Positions 22,242 to 32,417 of a stretch of 64,000 nucleotides of DNA are shown piece by piece; the stretch's first letter is position 1; each line of letters starts with the position of its first letter. The notes under the pieces are model-generated. The model ran no database searches. It was not told the DNA's origin and saw only the letters and a program-made list of their open reading frames with translations. The position numbers and the translations under genes were made by a program. The stretch is from Methanocaldococcus sp. 16A. Lineage in GTDB: Archaea > AGJL01 > Methanococci > Methanococcales > Methanocaldococcaceae. The DNA is taken from assembly GCA_049860595.1 (NCBI GenBank), contig CP187551.1, one strand, 5' to 3'.

Positions 22242-22448
22242 ATGGAATGTCCCAACAAAGAAATTAATTTAAATAGGTGTAATTGCAGTTATCCTTCATG
22301 CTCTAAAAAGGGAATGTGCTGTGAATGTTTGCATTATCATTTAAAAAATAGACAGTTACCTGCTTGCTGTTTCCCACCTGATGTAGAAAAAACCTATGAT
22401 AGGAGTTTTGAAACATTTGCAAAGCTTGTTTTAGAAGGGAAGATTTAA
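22242..22448 (+). CDS. Small cysteine-rich protein (DUF6485-like)
   Basis: [18 protein letters not shown]...LPACCF. Confidence 0.75.
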   Translation: MECPNKEINLNRCNCSYPSCSKKGMCCECLHYHLKNRQLPACCFPPDVEKTYDRSFETFAKLVLEGKI

Positions 22449-22472
22449 TATTAAATAAAAAATAATAAAATT

Positions 22473-23486
22473 TTATTCCAAAACTTCTTTAATAGCATAC
22501 CATTTTTTTATTGAAGTTGGTTTAATTATACCATTGATAACATCATAAAATAAAATTTCATTTTTTATCAAAAATTTAGCCTCATCCATAAGATTGTTTT
22601 TTATTATCTCTTTGATATCAACTTTTATTTTACTTTCAAATAATTTCAGAGCATTTTCTAAATTTTTCATCTCAAATTCCTTTTGAGTCGATATTAAATA
22701 TAGAATCTTATCCCTCTCAATATTAATCCACTGCTTTATTGCTTCTTCAACAGATAAACCTAATTTTTTCTTATCCACCAATGCAGAGATTTCATAAGGT
22801 AATGATATATAATTCAAAGCATAATTAACCTCTTCTTCACTAAAACCCTCTGCTTTTAGAATGTTTTTAATATCTTCTTTATTTAACCAGTCAATTAAAT
22901 AATATTCAGAAGTATTCTCTAATGTAGAGTTCTTATAAATTTCCTCAATAAACAAAGTATCGGAAGTTAAGCAAATTACATGGCAAAGATGTTCCATCTT
23001 AGTTAAAGAGACAAAGAGATTAAATAACTCATTCAATAATGATTTACCTCCATTGAAATAGATATTTTTCAATTTTTGAAGTTCATCTATAACCAATACA
23101 GGTTTCTTTCCTTCTTTAACAACAGCATTTATACTTTCGTTTATTTTAGCAAATACATCATTTAACTTTATATTATTAAAATCAAAACTTTCCTCTACTC
23201 CAAATTTGAATATTTTAAAGTTAAGTTCTAATTTATTTAGTAAATATTTTTTATCTGATTTTTCAAAAAATATACTCAAAAACTCTTCTTTTGTTGGTGT
23301 TGCATATTTTCTTAAGTTGTAATAAAAAAACACTATATCACTATTTTCCAACTCTTTAATAACTCTTCTCATTACCGTTGATTTTCCTGATGATTTTGGT
23401 CCATAAACAAACAATATTGAGTTTGGCTCTAATAAACAATAATTTTTTAAAAAATTTACTTCTTTCTCTCGATTATAGAATTTCAT
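22473..23486 (-). CDS. Archaeal (MJ-type) P-loop ATPase
   Basis: MKFYNREKE, GPKSSGKST, VIDELQ. Confidence 0.9.
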   Translation of the reverse strand: MKFYNREKEVNFLKNYCLLEPNSILFVYGPKSSGKSTVMRRVIKELENSDIVFFYYNLRKYATPTKEEFLSIFFEKSDKKYLLNKLELNFKIFKFGVEESFDFNNIKLNDVFAKINESINAVVKEGKKPVLVIDELQKLKNIYFNGGKSLLNELFNLFVSLTKMEHLCHVICLTSDTLFIEEIYKNSTLENTSEYYLIDWLNKEDIKNILKAEGFSEEEVNYALNYISLPYEISALVDKKKLGLSVEEAIKQWINIERDKILYLISTQKEFEMKNLENALKLFESKIKVDIKEIIKNNLMDEAKFLIKNEILFYDVINGIIKPTSIKKWYAIKEVLE

Positions 23487-23527
23487 AATACTCACCAATG
23501 TAAATTTCACCTTTTATATTACGAGAT

Positions 23528-23590
23528 ATTGCCGAGCGAAGCGAGGCAATGCATCCTGGGGTATACCAATAGGGGCGAAGCCCCTATGGT
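23528..23590. repeat. GC-rich double-hairpin repeat, family C
   Basis: ATTGCC-GAGC-GAA-GCGA-GGCAAT and TAGGGGC-GAA-GCCCCTA. Confidence 0.85.
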
Positions 23591-23616
23591 TAGTAGAAAT
23601 TAAAAAATAGCATATT

Positions 23617-24480
23617 TTATTCAACAATTGCTGATGCATAACCAACAACTGCTGAATAATCTCCAGTTATATCCCCAGATGTTGAATAAGCCAATAATTT
23701 AGCTTTTTCAGCTCCTAAGGTTTTCATGGCTTTTAACATGGCTATTACTGGTCCATATCCGCACATTGAAATGTTGTAATTTACAACATCTTCATACAAA
23801 TCTTTTTCATTCATCTCTAAGATGTCTTTAATAACTATAGCATCCTTTTTTGATGCTACTTCTTGTGGTTCATAGTGGGTTAAGTCTGAAGATGCAATAA
23901 TAACTACTCTTCTGTTTAACTCCTTAGCAATCTTAGCTATGAAATAACCAACCTCTACAGCAGTTTCATAATCTTGGAACATCATACATATTGGAACTAT
24001 CTTAAATTTAGCTATATTTAATAATTCCAAATGCTTTAAAAATGGTAATTGCACTTCAATTGAATGCTCATTTAGATGGGCTGTTTCATCTAAATCAACT
24101 ATCTCACACTTCCTCCAAAGCTCTTCAACAAACTCCTCATCACATTTCACATCTCCCAATGGAGTTCTCCAAATTCCATCCATTACACTAACTCCCGAAC
24201 CTAAGCCAGTATGATTAGGGCCTAAAATAATAGCAGTTATTGGCTCTATAGCATCAACTCTCTTTGATAGTTCATAATAAGAGTGAGCTTGTATAGGACC
24301 TGAATAAACATAACCTGCATGAGGACAGAGCAAACCTACAGGTTTTTCATAATTTCCATGAGTTGGCATTGATTTTGGCCCAAATTTATGCAAATAACAT
24401 TGCTCAATTAATTCTATAAGCTCATCAGGATGTGATGGATAAAACATTCCTGCAACTGCTGGATATCTAATTTTACTCAT
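23617..24480 (-). CDS. MEMO1-family protein
   Basis: [37 protein letters not shown]. Confidence 0.92.
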   Translation of the reverse strand: MSKIRYPAVAGMFYPSHPDELIELIEQCYLHKFGPKSMPTHGNYEKPVGLLCPHAGYVYSGPIQAHSYYELSKRVDAIEPITAIILGPNHTGLGSGVSVMDGIWRTPLGDVKCDEEFVEELWRKCEIVDLDETAHLNEHSIEVQLPFLKHLELLNIAKFKIVPICMMFQDYETAVEVGYFIAKIAKELNRRVVIIASSDLTHYEPQEVASKKDAIVIKDILEMNEKDLYEDVVNYNISMCGYGPVIAMLKAMKTLGAEKAKLLAYSTSGDITGDYSAVVGYASAIVE

Positions 24481-24648
24481 GATTCCCCCCTAATGAATTT
24501 GTTAAAACATTATAACTTAATATTTAAAGTTGTCTTTTGTTGTTTATATAAGTATTTGTGTATATATATGACACTACAAAACATAAAACCAAAAAATATT
24601 TATATTTTTACACATATGTGTATTATTAGAAAGTAATGAGGTGAAAAT

Positions 24649-24939
24649 ATGTTCGGATGGGGAAGAGGATTTGGTAGAAGATTTTGGAGATACTTCCCAG
24701 TTAGCACTGTTGGAGGAAGGTACAGATATGTAGGACCTTGCAGATGTGGTTTAGGACCACATGCATTCTATGTTGATGATAAAACTGGAGCTTTAGTTCA
24801 TGCATGGGATTTATACAGAGGCTCTGATGAGAGAGCATATTTAGAAGAGACCATAAGAGAGTTAGAAGAAGAGAAAAGGTTATTAGAAGAAGAATTAGAA
24901 AGAATTAAAAAAAGATTGGATGAATTAAAGAAAGATTAA
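24649..24939 (+). CDS. Small Gly/Arg-rich coiled-coil protein
   Basis: GRGFGRR N-terminus, CRCG, C-terminal coiled coil; GAGGTG RBS. Confidence 0.7.
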   Translation: MFGWGRGFGRRFWRYFPVSTVGGRYRYVGPCRCGLGPHAFYVDDKTGALVHAWDLYRGSDERAYLEETIRELEEEKRLLEEELERIKKRLDELKKD

Positions 24940-24947
24940 GTGATACA

Positions 24948-25148
24948 ATGGAAATGAAAAAATTTTTATGCTCTAAATGTCAAAAAATTATTGAAGTCCC
25001 TTATGGAGTACCAAAACCAGATGTTTGCCCATACTGCGGAGCTCCAGCAACATTTATCCATAGAATAGATGCTGGCGGAAGAGGGTTAGGAATAGGAAGA
25101 GGTAGAAGATGCGGAATGAGAATGATGGAAAAATTGGGAAGAGAATAG
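24948..25148 (+). CDS. Small zinc-ribbon protein
   Basis: CSKC...CPYCG with a GRG-rich tail. Confidence 0.7.
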   Translation: MEMKKFLCSKCQKIIEVPYGVPKPDVCPYCGAPATFIHRIDAGGRGLGIGRGRRCGMRMMEKLGRE

Positions 25149-25246
25149 ATTAAAAACTTTTCTTTTTTATTTTGTACATCCATATATTCAAATTAATCTT
25201 TCAAAAAAATAAACAAAAAAATAAAGAAATTAAAACATTAAGTCTT

Positions 25247-26068
25247 TTATTTCTTCCTAATTTCTTTTAACGCCTCTTCAACATCTACATTTTCATGAAC
25301 TATTTTACAAACAGCTCTTGTTATGCCAACAACATCATCATGTTGGAATATGTTTCTACCAACTGCTACTCCAGCAGCTCCAGCTTCCATGGCATCTTTA
25401 ATCATTTGCAAGAACTCTTCATCTGTATTTGTTTTTGGACCTCCAGCAACAACAATTGGAGCTGGACAGCCTTTAACAACTTCTTTAAATGAATCAATAT
25501 CTCCTGTATAGCTTGTTTTAACAATATCTGCTCCTAACTCAGCTCCCAATCTCGCTGCATGAGCAACTAACTCAGGGTCTCTTTCATTTTGAATGTGTTT
25601 CCCTCTTGGATACATCATTGCTATTAGAGGCATTCCCCAGTATTCGCATGTTTCAGCTATCATCCCCAAATCTCTGTATGCCTCCCAATCTTCATCTGAA
25701 CCAACATTTACATGAATTGAGACTGCATCAGCTCCCATTCTTATAGCTTCTTCAACAGTTGTAACAATAACTTTCTTTAATGGATTTGGTGATATTGCTG
25801 TTCCACCAGAGAGGTGGATAATTAATCCCACATCTTTGCCATATCCTCTGTGCCCATGTCTAACAATTCCTTTATGCAAGAGAACAGCGTTAGCCCCTCC
25901 TTCAGCAACATCATTTACTGTTTTTTTCATATCAATAAGCCCTTTAATTGGACCGTTTGAAACTCCATGGTCCATTGGAACAATTACCGTCTTTTCACTT
26001 TCTCTGTTGAATATTCTTTCTAATCTTACAAGTTTTCCAAGGTTTTTTATATCCTTAAATAATTCCAT
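25247..26068 (-). CDS. 2-amino-3,7-dideoxy-D-threo-hept-6-ulosonate synthase (class I aldolase)
   Basis: PMDHG, MMYPRG, GADIVKT, AGGPK. Confidence 0.9.
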   Translation of the reverse strand: MELFKDIKNLGKLVRLERIFNRESEKTVIVPMDHGVSNGPIKGLIDMKKTVNDVAEGGANAVLLHKGIVRHGHRGYGKDVGLIIHLSGGTAISPNPLKKVIVTTVEEAIRMGADAVSIHVNVGSDEDWEAYRDLGMIAETCEYWGMPLIAMMYPRGKHIQNERDPELVAHAARLGAELGADIVKTSYTGDIDSFKEVVKGCPAPIVVAGGPKTNTDEEFLQMIKDAMEAGAAGVAVGRNIFQHDDVVGITRAVCKIVHENVDVEEALKEIRKK

Positions 26069-26170
26069 ATTCTCACATTTACACATTTTATTAATTTATT
26101 ATAGATAAGAGTTAAAATTTTAATATAGAGATATCAGATATCAATATTTAAAATTTGTGTTGGTGATTTA

Positions 26171-27502
26171 ATGGTATTTAAAGCTTATGATATTAGAGGA
26201 ATTTATGATAAAGAGTTGGATGAAAACTTTGCATATTCCTTAGGAAAATGTGTGGGGGAAAAATTTGAAAATAAAAAGATATTGGTTGGGAATGATGTAA
26301 GAATTGGTTCTAAAAAACTTCTACCATACTTTATAGTTGGTTTGAAAGAACATGCAGATGTATTTTATGCTGGAACTATATCAACACCTTTAATGTATTT
26401 TGGAACTAAAGGGAAGTATGATTTGGGAGTTATATTGACAGCTTCCCACAACCCTCCAGAATATACTGGATTTAAGATGTGTGATAAAAAAGCTATCCCA
26501 TTATCGCCAATAGAAGAAATAAAACCAATATTTAAAAAATATGATTTATCAGAAAGTGTAAAAGAAGAGGTTAAAAATCTAAACTTGGATGATTTCAAAG
26601 TTGATGTTATTGATGAGTATAAAAAGTTCTTTTTGAAAAGATGTGATGTGTCTGACAAAAAGATAGCTGTTGATTTTGCAAATGGAGCTACAACAATAGC
26701 TGAGAAAGAGATTTTAAATGAGTTGTTTGATAATGCCATCTTTATAAATGATTATCCCGATGGCTCTTTCCCTGCTCATCAGCCAGATACCTTAAAGATG
26801 GAATGCTTAAAAGATATAATAAAAGCCGTTAAAGAAAGTAACTGTGATTTAGGTTTAATTTTTGATGGGGATGGAGATAGATTGGGAATTGTTGATGAAA
26901 ATGGGAATGTTTTGAGAGGGGATATATTAACAGCTATAATGGCTGAAGAGATTTTAAAAGAAAAGCCAAAAGCTAAGATAGTTTATGATTTAAGATGTTC
27001 TAAAATAGTTCCAGAAATTATTGAGAAATATGGAGGAATACCAATAAAAAGTAGAGTTGGGCACTATTTCATTAAAAAGTTAATGCATGAAATTGATGCT
27101 GAATTTGCTGGAGAGCTAAGTAATCATTTTTACTTTAAAGAAATTGGTTATTTTGAGAGTCCATTGTTAGCTTTAAACTATATTTTAAAAGCTATGGAAG
27201 ATAAAACATTGTCTAAGCTAAATAAGGAATTTAATAAATATCCTCACAGTGGAGAGATAAACTTCAGAGTCAAAGACCAGAAATACATCATGGAAAAAAT
27301 AAAGGAGCATTTTAAAGATTGTAAACTTGAAGAGTTGGATGGAATATCTATTTATTGTAAAAACTTCTGGTTTAATTTAAGACCTTCAAATACTGAGCCG
27401 TTGTTAAGATTAAACTTAGAAGCAGATGATGAGAAAACAATGAAAGAGATGGTTGAAAAGATTAAAAAATTAATTGCAGAGTTTGATAAATCTTTAGAAT
27501 AA
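26171..27502 (+). CDS. Phosphomannomutase/phosphoglucomutase
   Basis: FKAYDIRG, TASHNP, DGDGDR, RPSNTEP. Confidence 0.93.
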   Translation: MVFKAYDIRGIYDKELDENFAYSLGKCVGEKFENKKILVGNDVRIGSKKLLPYFIVGLKEHADVFYAGTISTPLMYFGTKGKYDLGVILTASHNPPEYTGFKMCDKKAIPLSPIEEIKPIFKKYDLSESVKEEVKNLNLDDFKVDVIDEYKKFFLKRCDVSDKKIAVDFANGATTIAEKEILNELFDNAIFINDYPDGSFPAHQPDTLKMECLKDIIKAVKESNCDLGLIFDGDGDRLGIVDENGNVLRGDILTAIMAEEILKEKPKAKIVYDLRCSKIVPEIIEKYGGIPIKSRVGHYFIKKLMHEIDAEFAGELSNHFYFKEIGYFESPLLALNYILKAMEDKTLSKLNKEFNKYPHSGEINFRVKDQKYIMEKIKEHFKDCKLEELDGISIYCKNFWFNLRPSNTEPLLRLNLEADDEKTMKEMVEKIKKLIAEFDKSLE

Positions 27503-27545
27503 TAACTTTCCAAATTTTTATGGTTGTGTCTTTATCATACACTAA

Positions 27546-27562
27546 ACCAAAATTTTTATATA
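27546..27562 (+). promoter_or_regulatory. BRE/TATA promoter of initiator tRNA
   Basis: ACCAAAATTTTTATATA. Confidence 0.75.
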
Positions 27563-27606
27563 TTGGTTTGTAGCTATAGTAACTTTGCTTGTTTTAGATT
27601 GGAAGA

Positions 27607-27685
27607 AGCGGGGTAGGGTAGCCAGGTCCATCCCGCCGGGCTCATAACCCGGAGATCGGAGGTTCAAATCCTCCCCCCGCTACCA
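27607..27685 (+). tRNA. Initiator tRNA-Met (CAT)
   Basis: Cloverleaf, A1-U72, three G-C pairs in anticodon stem, encoded CCA. Confidence 0.95.
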
Positions 27686-27756
27686 TATCTATTTTTTATT
27701 TTACAACCTTATATTTATTTAATTAAATATATAGATATAAAATTCAATAAAATAAA

Positions 27757-27827
27757 TGTTCCCCCCGTATCCTACCCTCTCTCATCCATAGCACAGCTTA
27801 GTCGAGAGCGTGGGCCTCGGGGGGATT
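27757..27827 (-). ncRNA. Single-hairpin H/ACA guide sRNA candidate
   Basis: UCCCCCCG/CGGGGGGA basal stem directly followed by ACA; internal pocket; apical K-turn (CUC-GA...GAU-GA-GAG); TTTATA about 25 nt upstream. Confidence 0.75.
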
Positions 27828-27860
27828 ATATTCCATTTTTGTATTTTTGATATAAATAAT

Positions 27861-28790
27861 TTATTCCAAGGTTCCTATTCCAAGTATTCTTATCTTTGCA
27901 CTACCATCAATTAAACATAATTTATCTCCAACATCATAAGCAATTTCCTTTTGTAGAGAAAGATTTATTTTGTTGTTATTTACTTCTTCAACAACACATG
28001 AAACACTTTGCAAACCAACAATTATTTGGTAGTTTTCTCCTTCTTTTACAGTTTTTTGCATAAATGGATTCCAATTAATGTTGATTTCAATCTCTTTAGC
28101 AACTTTTAACTCACCATTTGATAGTATCATCCCTCTATCCAACTCGTCTGTAGTTATTCCTTTTAAAGCTAAACCTACTCTATTTCCTGCTTTTGCCTCT
28201 TTAAAATCATTATCATGTATTTGAATACTTCTAACCATAACTGTTTTGTCTGTTGGATATACTCTTAAATTATCATGAACCTTCACAGTTCCAGTTTCAA
28301 CTTTTCCTAATATAACTGTCCCTACACTTCTAACTGTAAAGTAGTGGTCTATTGGAATTTTGACAATTCCCTCATAATCTCTATCTACATTTAAATTAAC
28401 CATCTTTTCTCTAATGTTTATAAAATCTTTCTCTAAGATTTCAAAATCCTTCATTGATGTTTGAGATATGATATTTTTCAACATGTCTAAATCAACATAA
28501 TCTCCAACAACAAAAGCTCCTCTATTTATTCCAAACATGTCCAATGCTAAAAGAGTTTCTCCTAACTCTCCTGTAATCTCATCTATAAAAACTAAAGCAT
28601 AATCCATCATATTTATTGCATATATTAAAGGGTTTATTTTATCTGGGTATCTTGTAGGCTCAACATAACAAATAGCTTTATTCCCTTGCTTGTAGTTATA
28701 TAATGTTATATCTGTTGAAGTTCCTTTTTTCCCTAACTCTTTTCCAACTCCTTCAATATGCCCAAATAATCCTACGGTCAAACCTTCCAT
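27861..28790 (-). CDS. SelB/EF-Tu-like protein lacking a P-loop (aSelBL type)
   Basis: EF-Tu domain II (IDHYFTVRSVGTVILG, VRSIQIHD, GNRVGLALKG); no GxxxxGKS. Confidence 0.85.
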   Translation of the reverse strand: MEGLTVGLFGHIEGVGKELGKKGTSTDITLYNYKQGNKAICYVEPTRYPDKINPLIYAINMMDYALVFIDEITGELGETLLALDMFGINRGAFVVGDYVDLDMLKNIISQTSMKDFEILEKDFINIREKMVNLNVDRDYEGIVKIPIDHYFTVRSVGTVILGKVETGTVKVHDNLRVYPTDKTVMVRSIQIHDNDFKEAKAGNRVGLALKGITTDELDRGMILSNGELKVAKEIEININWNPFMQKTVKEGENYQIIVGLQSVSCVVEEVNNNKINLSLQKEIAYDVGDKLCLIDGSAKIRILGIGTLE

Positions 28791-28959
28791 TTAATCACCA
28801 TAATTAATATTTTTAGTAACCCAATTATTTTCTCTAAAGAATTAACTATTTAAGAGTAATTATAACTTTATTATCCTAATACATTGTAAGATTTATAAAA
28901 CATTGATTACATAATTAGTAAGTTGTACAACAATTGTTAGGTAGTGTTAGGTGGTGATA

Positions 28960-30267
28960 ATGAAATTTATTGAAAGATACTTTGAATTTGAAAAATATGG
29001 AACTAATCTAAAAGTAGAAACTCTTGCAGGAATAACAACTTTTATGACCATGGCATATATAATATTTGTTAATCCGCAAATTTTGAGTGCTGCTGGTATG
29101 GATTTTGGGGCGGTTATGGTCGCTACTTGTATAGCTTCAGCAATAGCAACATTAATTATGGGCTTATATGCAAGATACCCATTTGCCTTAGCTCCAGGGA
29201 TGGGGCTTAACGCTTACTTTACCTATGGGGTTTGTTTAGGTATGGGTATTGATTGGAGAGTTGCGTTAGGTGCTGTTTTTATCTCTGGAGTATTGTTTAT
29301 AATATTAACATTGACAAAGATAAGAACATGGATTTTTAACGTTATTCCTAACGCTATAAAATATGGAACTGCTGTTGGTATTGGTTTATTTATTGCGTTT
29401 ATTGGGTTGAAAAGTGCAGGTATTATTGTTGATAGTAAAGCTACGTTAGTTACATTAGGTAATTTAATGGAACCTTCTACATTATTAGCATTGTTTGGAA
29501 TATTTTTAACATCAATATTAGTTAGTAGGAATGTCATTGGAGCTATTTTAATTGGAATTATAGTAACTTCATTGATAGGGATGATTTTAGGAATATCTCC
29601 ATTCCCAGAAGGAATATTTTCAATGCCTCCATCAATTGAGCCAACATTTCTACAGCTTGATATAATGGGAGCTCTAAACTTAGGGCTTTTAACAATTGTT
29701 TTGGCATTCTTCTTTGTTGATATGTTCGATACATTAGGGACTTTAAGTGCATTATCTTCACAAGCAGGATATTTAGATAAAGATGGAAAACTTCCAAGAG
29801 TTGAAAAGGCGTTAATGGCAGATGCTACTGGAACTGTTGTTGGTTCTCTCCTAGGGACATCAACAGTAACAACCTATATAGAATCTGCAAGTGGTATTGC
29901 ACTTGGAGGAAGAACTGGTTTTGTTTCAGTAGTTGTAGCAGTGCTATTTTTACTATCTTTATTCTTCTATCCAGTAGTTAAGGCAATTCCACCTTATGCT
30001 ACAGCTGCAGCTCTTGTTATTGTAGGGGCATTGATGATGAAATCTATAAAGAATATTGATTTCGATGATTATACTGAGGCGATTCCTGCATTTATAACTC
30101 TGCTAACAATTCCTTTAACATTCAGTATAGCTACCGGGCTTGCTTTAGGATTCATTACTTATCCAATCTTAAAGATATTTACTGGAAGATGGAAAGAAGT
30201 CCACTGGCTTGTATATGTTTTGGCTATAATATTTGCCCTAAGATTTGTTTATCTCTCAGGGGGATAA
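28960..30267 (+). CDS. NCS2/AzgA-family purine permease
   Basis: TTFMTMAYII, APGMGLNA, YIESASG. Confidence 0.92.
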   Translation: MKFIERYFEFEKYGTNLKVETLAGITTFMTMAYIIFVNPQILSAAGMDFGAVMVATCIASAIATLIMGLYARYPFALAPGMGLNAYFTYGVCLGMGIDWRVALGAVFISGVLFIILTLTKIRTWIFNVIPNAIKYGTAVGIGLFIAFIGLKSAGIIVDSKATLVTLGNLMEPSTLLALFGIFLTSILVSRNVIGAILIGIIVTSLIGMILGISPFPEGIFSMPPSIEPTFLQLDIMGALNLGLLTIVLAFFFVDMFDTLGTLSALSSQAGYLDKDGKLPRVEKALMADATGTVVGSLLGTSTVTTYIESASGIALGGRTGFVSVVVAVLFLLSLFFYPVVKAIPPYATAAALVIVGALMMKSIKNIDFDDYTEAIPAFITLLTIPLTFSIATGLALGFITYPILKIFTGRWKEVHWLVYVLAIIFALRFVYLSGG

Positions 30268-30349
30268 CAAAGTATTTAAATACCTCTTAATCATTTTATT
30301 TTTTATTTATTTTTTATACATCAATTTTATCAATTTATGAGTTGAGAGT

Positions 30350-30655
30350 ATGAAAGTAGCTATTTCAATGGATGTTGATAAAATTAGCGATAGTTTTGAA
30401 GATTGTAAGTATTTTTTAATTGTTAAAATAGAGAATAATGAAATTAAGGGAACAAAAGTTATTTTCAATGATGAAAATAGTCAAAAATCTATTATAAAAG
30501 AAAAGATCAGTGCAATTATATGTAAAAGAATAAATAAAGAAAATTATAAAAAATTTAGTAAAAAAATGGAAATTTATTATGCTGAAGGAGAGGATATTGA
30601 CAAAAATGTCTCTTTATTCGTTGAAAAAAAGCTAAATAAAATAACTAATCCATAA
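30350..30655 (+). CDS. NifB/NifX-family protein
   Basis: MKVAIS...ISDSFEDCKYFLIV. Confidence 0.75.
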   Translation: MKVAISMDVDKISDSFEDCKYFLIVKIENNEIKGTKVIFNDENSQKSIIKEKISAIICKRINKENYKKFSKKMEIYYAEGEDIDKNVSLFVEKKLNKITNP

Positions 30656-30681
30656 TTTATTTTCCTATATCTTGAAGTATA

Positions 30682-30698
30682 ACCGTAAAATTTATATA
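30682..30698 (+). promoter_or_regulatory. BRE/TATA promoter of tRNA-Ser
   Basis: ACCGTAAAATTTATATA. Confidence 0.75.
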
Positions 30699-30733
30699 CT
30701 AAATCATTATATTCTTCATTATGCCTGTTTTGT

Positions 30734-30823
30734 GCAGGGGTAGCCAAGCCAGGACTACGGCGCTGGACTTGAGATCCAGTGGGGCTTTGCCCCGCCTGGG
30801 TTCAAATCCCAGCCCCTGCGCCA
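30734..30823 (+). tRNA. tRNA-Ser (TGA)
   Basis: CTGGA-CTTGAGA-TCCAG anticodon arm, long variable arm, G73, CCA. Confidence 0.95.
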
Positions 30824-30930
30824 TAATTTTAAAATTTTTTGTTTTTTTATTTTAGTTATTAAAATTGAATAATTTAAATATATAAATTAATTTGATGATA
30901 AAAAATTGTTTTTTGATAAATGAGACTTAA

Positions 30931-31014
30931 AATAGGACTTTCGCAGGAATAAATATTTTAGTAGCTTTATTTTAGTTTTCCTAATATGAGTATAGAAACT
31001 GTGAAAGTCCTAAT
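30931..31014. repeat. Family A element
   Basis: AATAGGACTTTCGCAG...CTGTGAAAGTCCTA. Confidence 0.85.
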
Positions 31015-31052
31015 TATTTATCTAAATTATTAAAATAAAAATTATTTCAAAA

Positions 31053-32162
31053 TTATGGTAACCATGTGCTTTCATCCTTAATTTTTTCAGGTAAATAAGT
31101 ATTAACCACATACTTTAAACCATACTTAGCTAAAGACTGCTGCTCTGCTCTCACACCCATATCAAGCATCTGTTTTAAAGCTTTTTGCCATTCTGGGAAA
31201 CTTCTTACAAAGTCATCATTCTTTAAACCATCTTTTATCCTCTTAATATCTTGCTCCTTCAATGGATGAGTTGGCAAATCATAATCGACAATATCTTGTG
31301 GGGTAACTCCAATCAGCCTCGCTGCAGGAATTGATAACTTATCAGCTAAATGAATTGCTTTACCACTACCAACTTTTAGAGTTCTATAAATGTTTAAATA
31401 TCCATAAGGGTCCCCATCTGTAAATACTAAAACAGGTAGGTCGTGTTCTTCATGAAGCCTTTTTATAAACCTCCTTGTTGCCCTTGCTGGAACCCCTTTT
31501 AATGAAACCAATATACAGTTATGCTTATCCCAAAATCTCTCTGCATTTAATCTTGCAAACATACCTGATGTTTCTATTGCCAATACAAAATCAGCATCTG
31601 TCTCAAGATTTAATTTTGTTACATCATTTGGAATGTTATAAGCTCCAGTACCCAACTTTGTACAATCAACAACAAGCTCTCCTTCAGGAGTTTCTTCTAT
31701 AATTTTTAATGGCCCAACTACTGAGGAACCATCCTCCTCAGGAATAAATCCAAGGTGTTCTCTCAAAACTCCTAAAGCTGCTTCTAAATCTTCAATAACA
31801 TTGTTTGATGCTTGTTGGTCATCAAATCTTGCTTCTCCCCAATTTTTTGAGACATAATAAGCTTCCCTTAATGTTGAAAAATCATTAGTTTCTAATAACT
31901 GCTTAGCAAATTCCAACATCTTAGTTGTTTGTGCAAAAATCTTTGCCTGATTTACAGTTAATGTTCTTGCCTTTTCTTTACCTACCAAAGTAAATGAACC
32001 CTTCTCTTTATCAAATACGGCATTAGATAAACTTCTAATTGGCATTGTTATCTTTGGTCTTTTCCCCTTCATTAAATCATCATACATCTTTTTAGCCAGT
32101 TCAATAATTTTTTGTTTAGCAATTTCCCTTGGTTTTTTTGATATAGCAGGAAGTTTAACCAT
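31053..32162 (-). CDS. top6A: DNA topoisomerase VI subunit A
   Basis: TLREAYY catalytic Tyr, IETSG, TDGDPYG TOPRIM. Confidence 0.96.
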   Translation of the reverse strand: MVKLPAISKKPREIAKQKIIELAKKMYDDLMKGKRPKITMPIRSLSNAVFDKEKGSFTLVGKEKARTLTVNQAKIFAQTTKMLEFAKQLLETNDFSTLREAYYVSKNWGEARFDDQQASNNVIEDLEAALGVLREHLGFIPEEDGSSVVGPLKIIEETPEGELVVDCTKLGTGAYNIPNDVTKLNLETDADFVLAIETSGMFARLNAERFWDKHNCILVSLKGVPARATRRFIKRLHEEHDLPVLVFTDGDPYGYLNIYRTLKVGSGKAIHLADKLSIPAARLIGVTPQDIVDYDLPTHPLKEQDIKRIKDGLKNDDFVRSFPEWQKALKQMLDMGVRAEQQSLAKYGLKYVVNTYLPEKIKDESTWLP

Positions 32163-32417
32163 AATACTCACCAAATAACTTTTTAATGCTCAATGATTTC
32201 AACCTAAATTATTTTATTATGAAAAGTCATAACCAATAGATTTTTATATCAAATTTTAAAATTGTAATAATAATATGCCACATCAATGATTCCAGATGAA
32301 CATCCACGTAGGAGAGTAGTATATAAAATATTCATATATAATCATTTAGGTTATAATAAAAATCCACTAATATTTATTAAGTTATTAAAAATAAAATAAT
32401 TTTATGGAGGTCATAAC

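Noticed and set aside
32280-32320. Slightly GC-richer stretch between top6A and ftsZ
   Set aside because: No convincing C/D boxes, riboswitch consensus or stable stem
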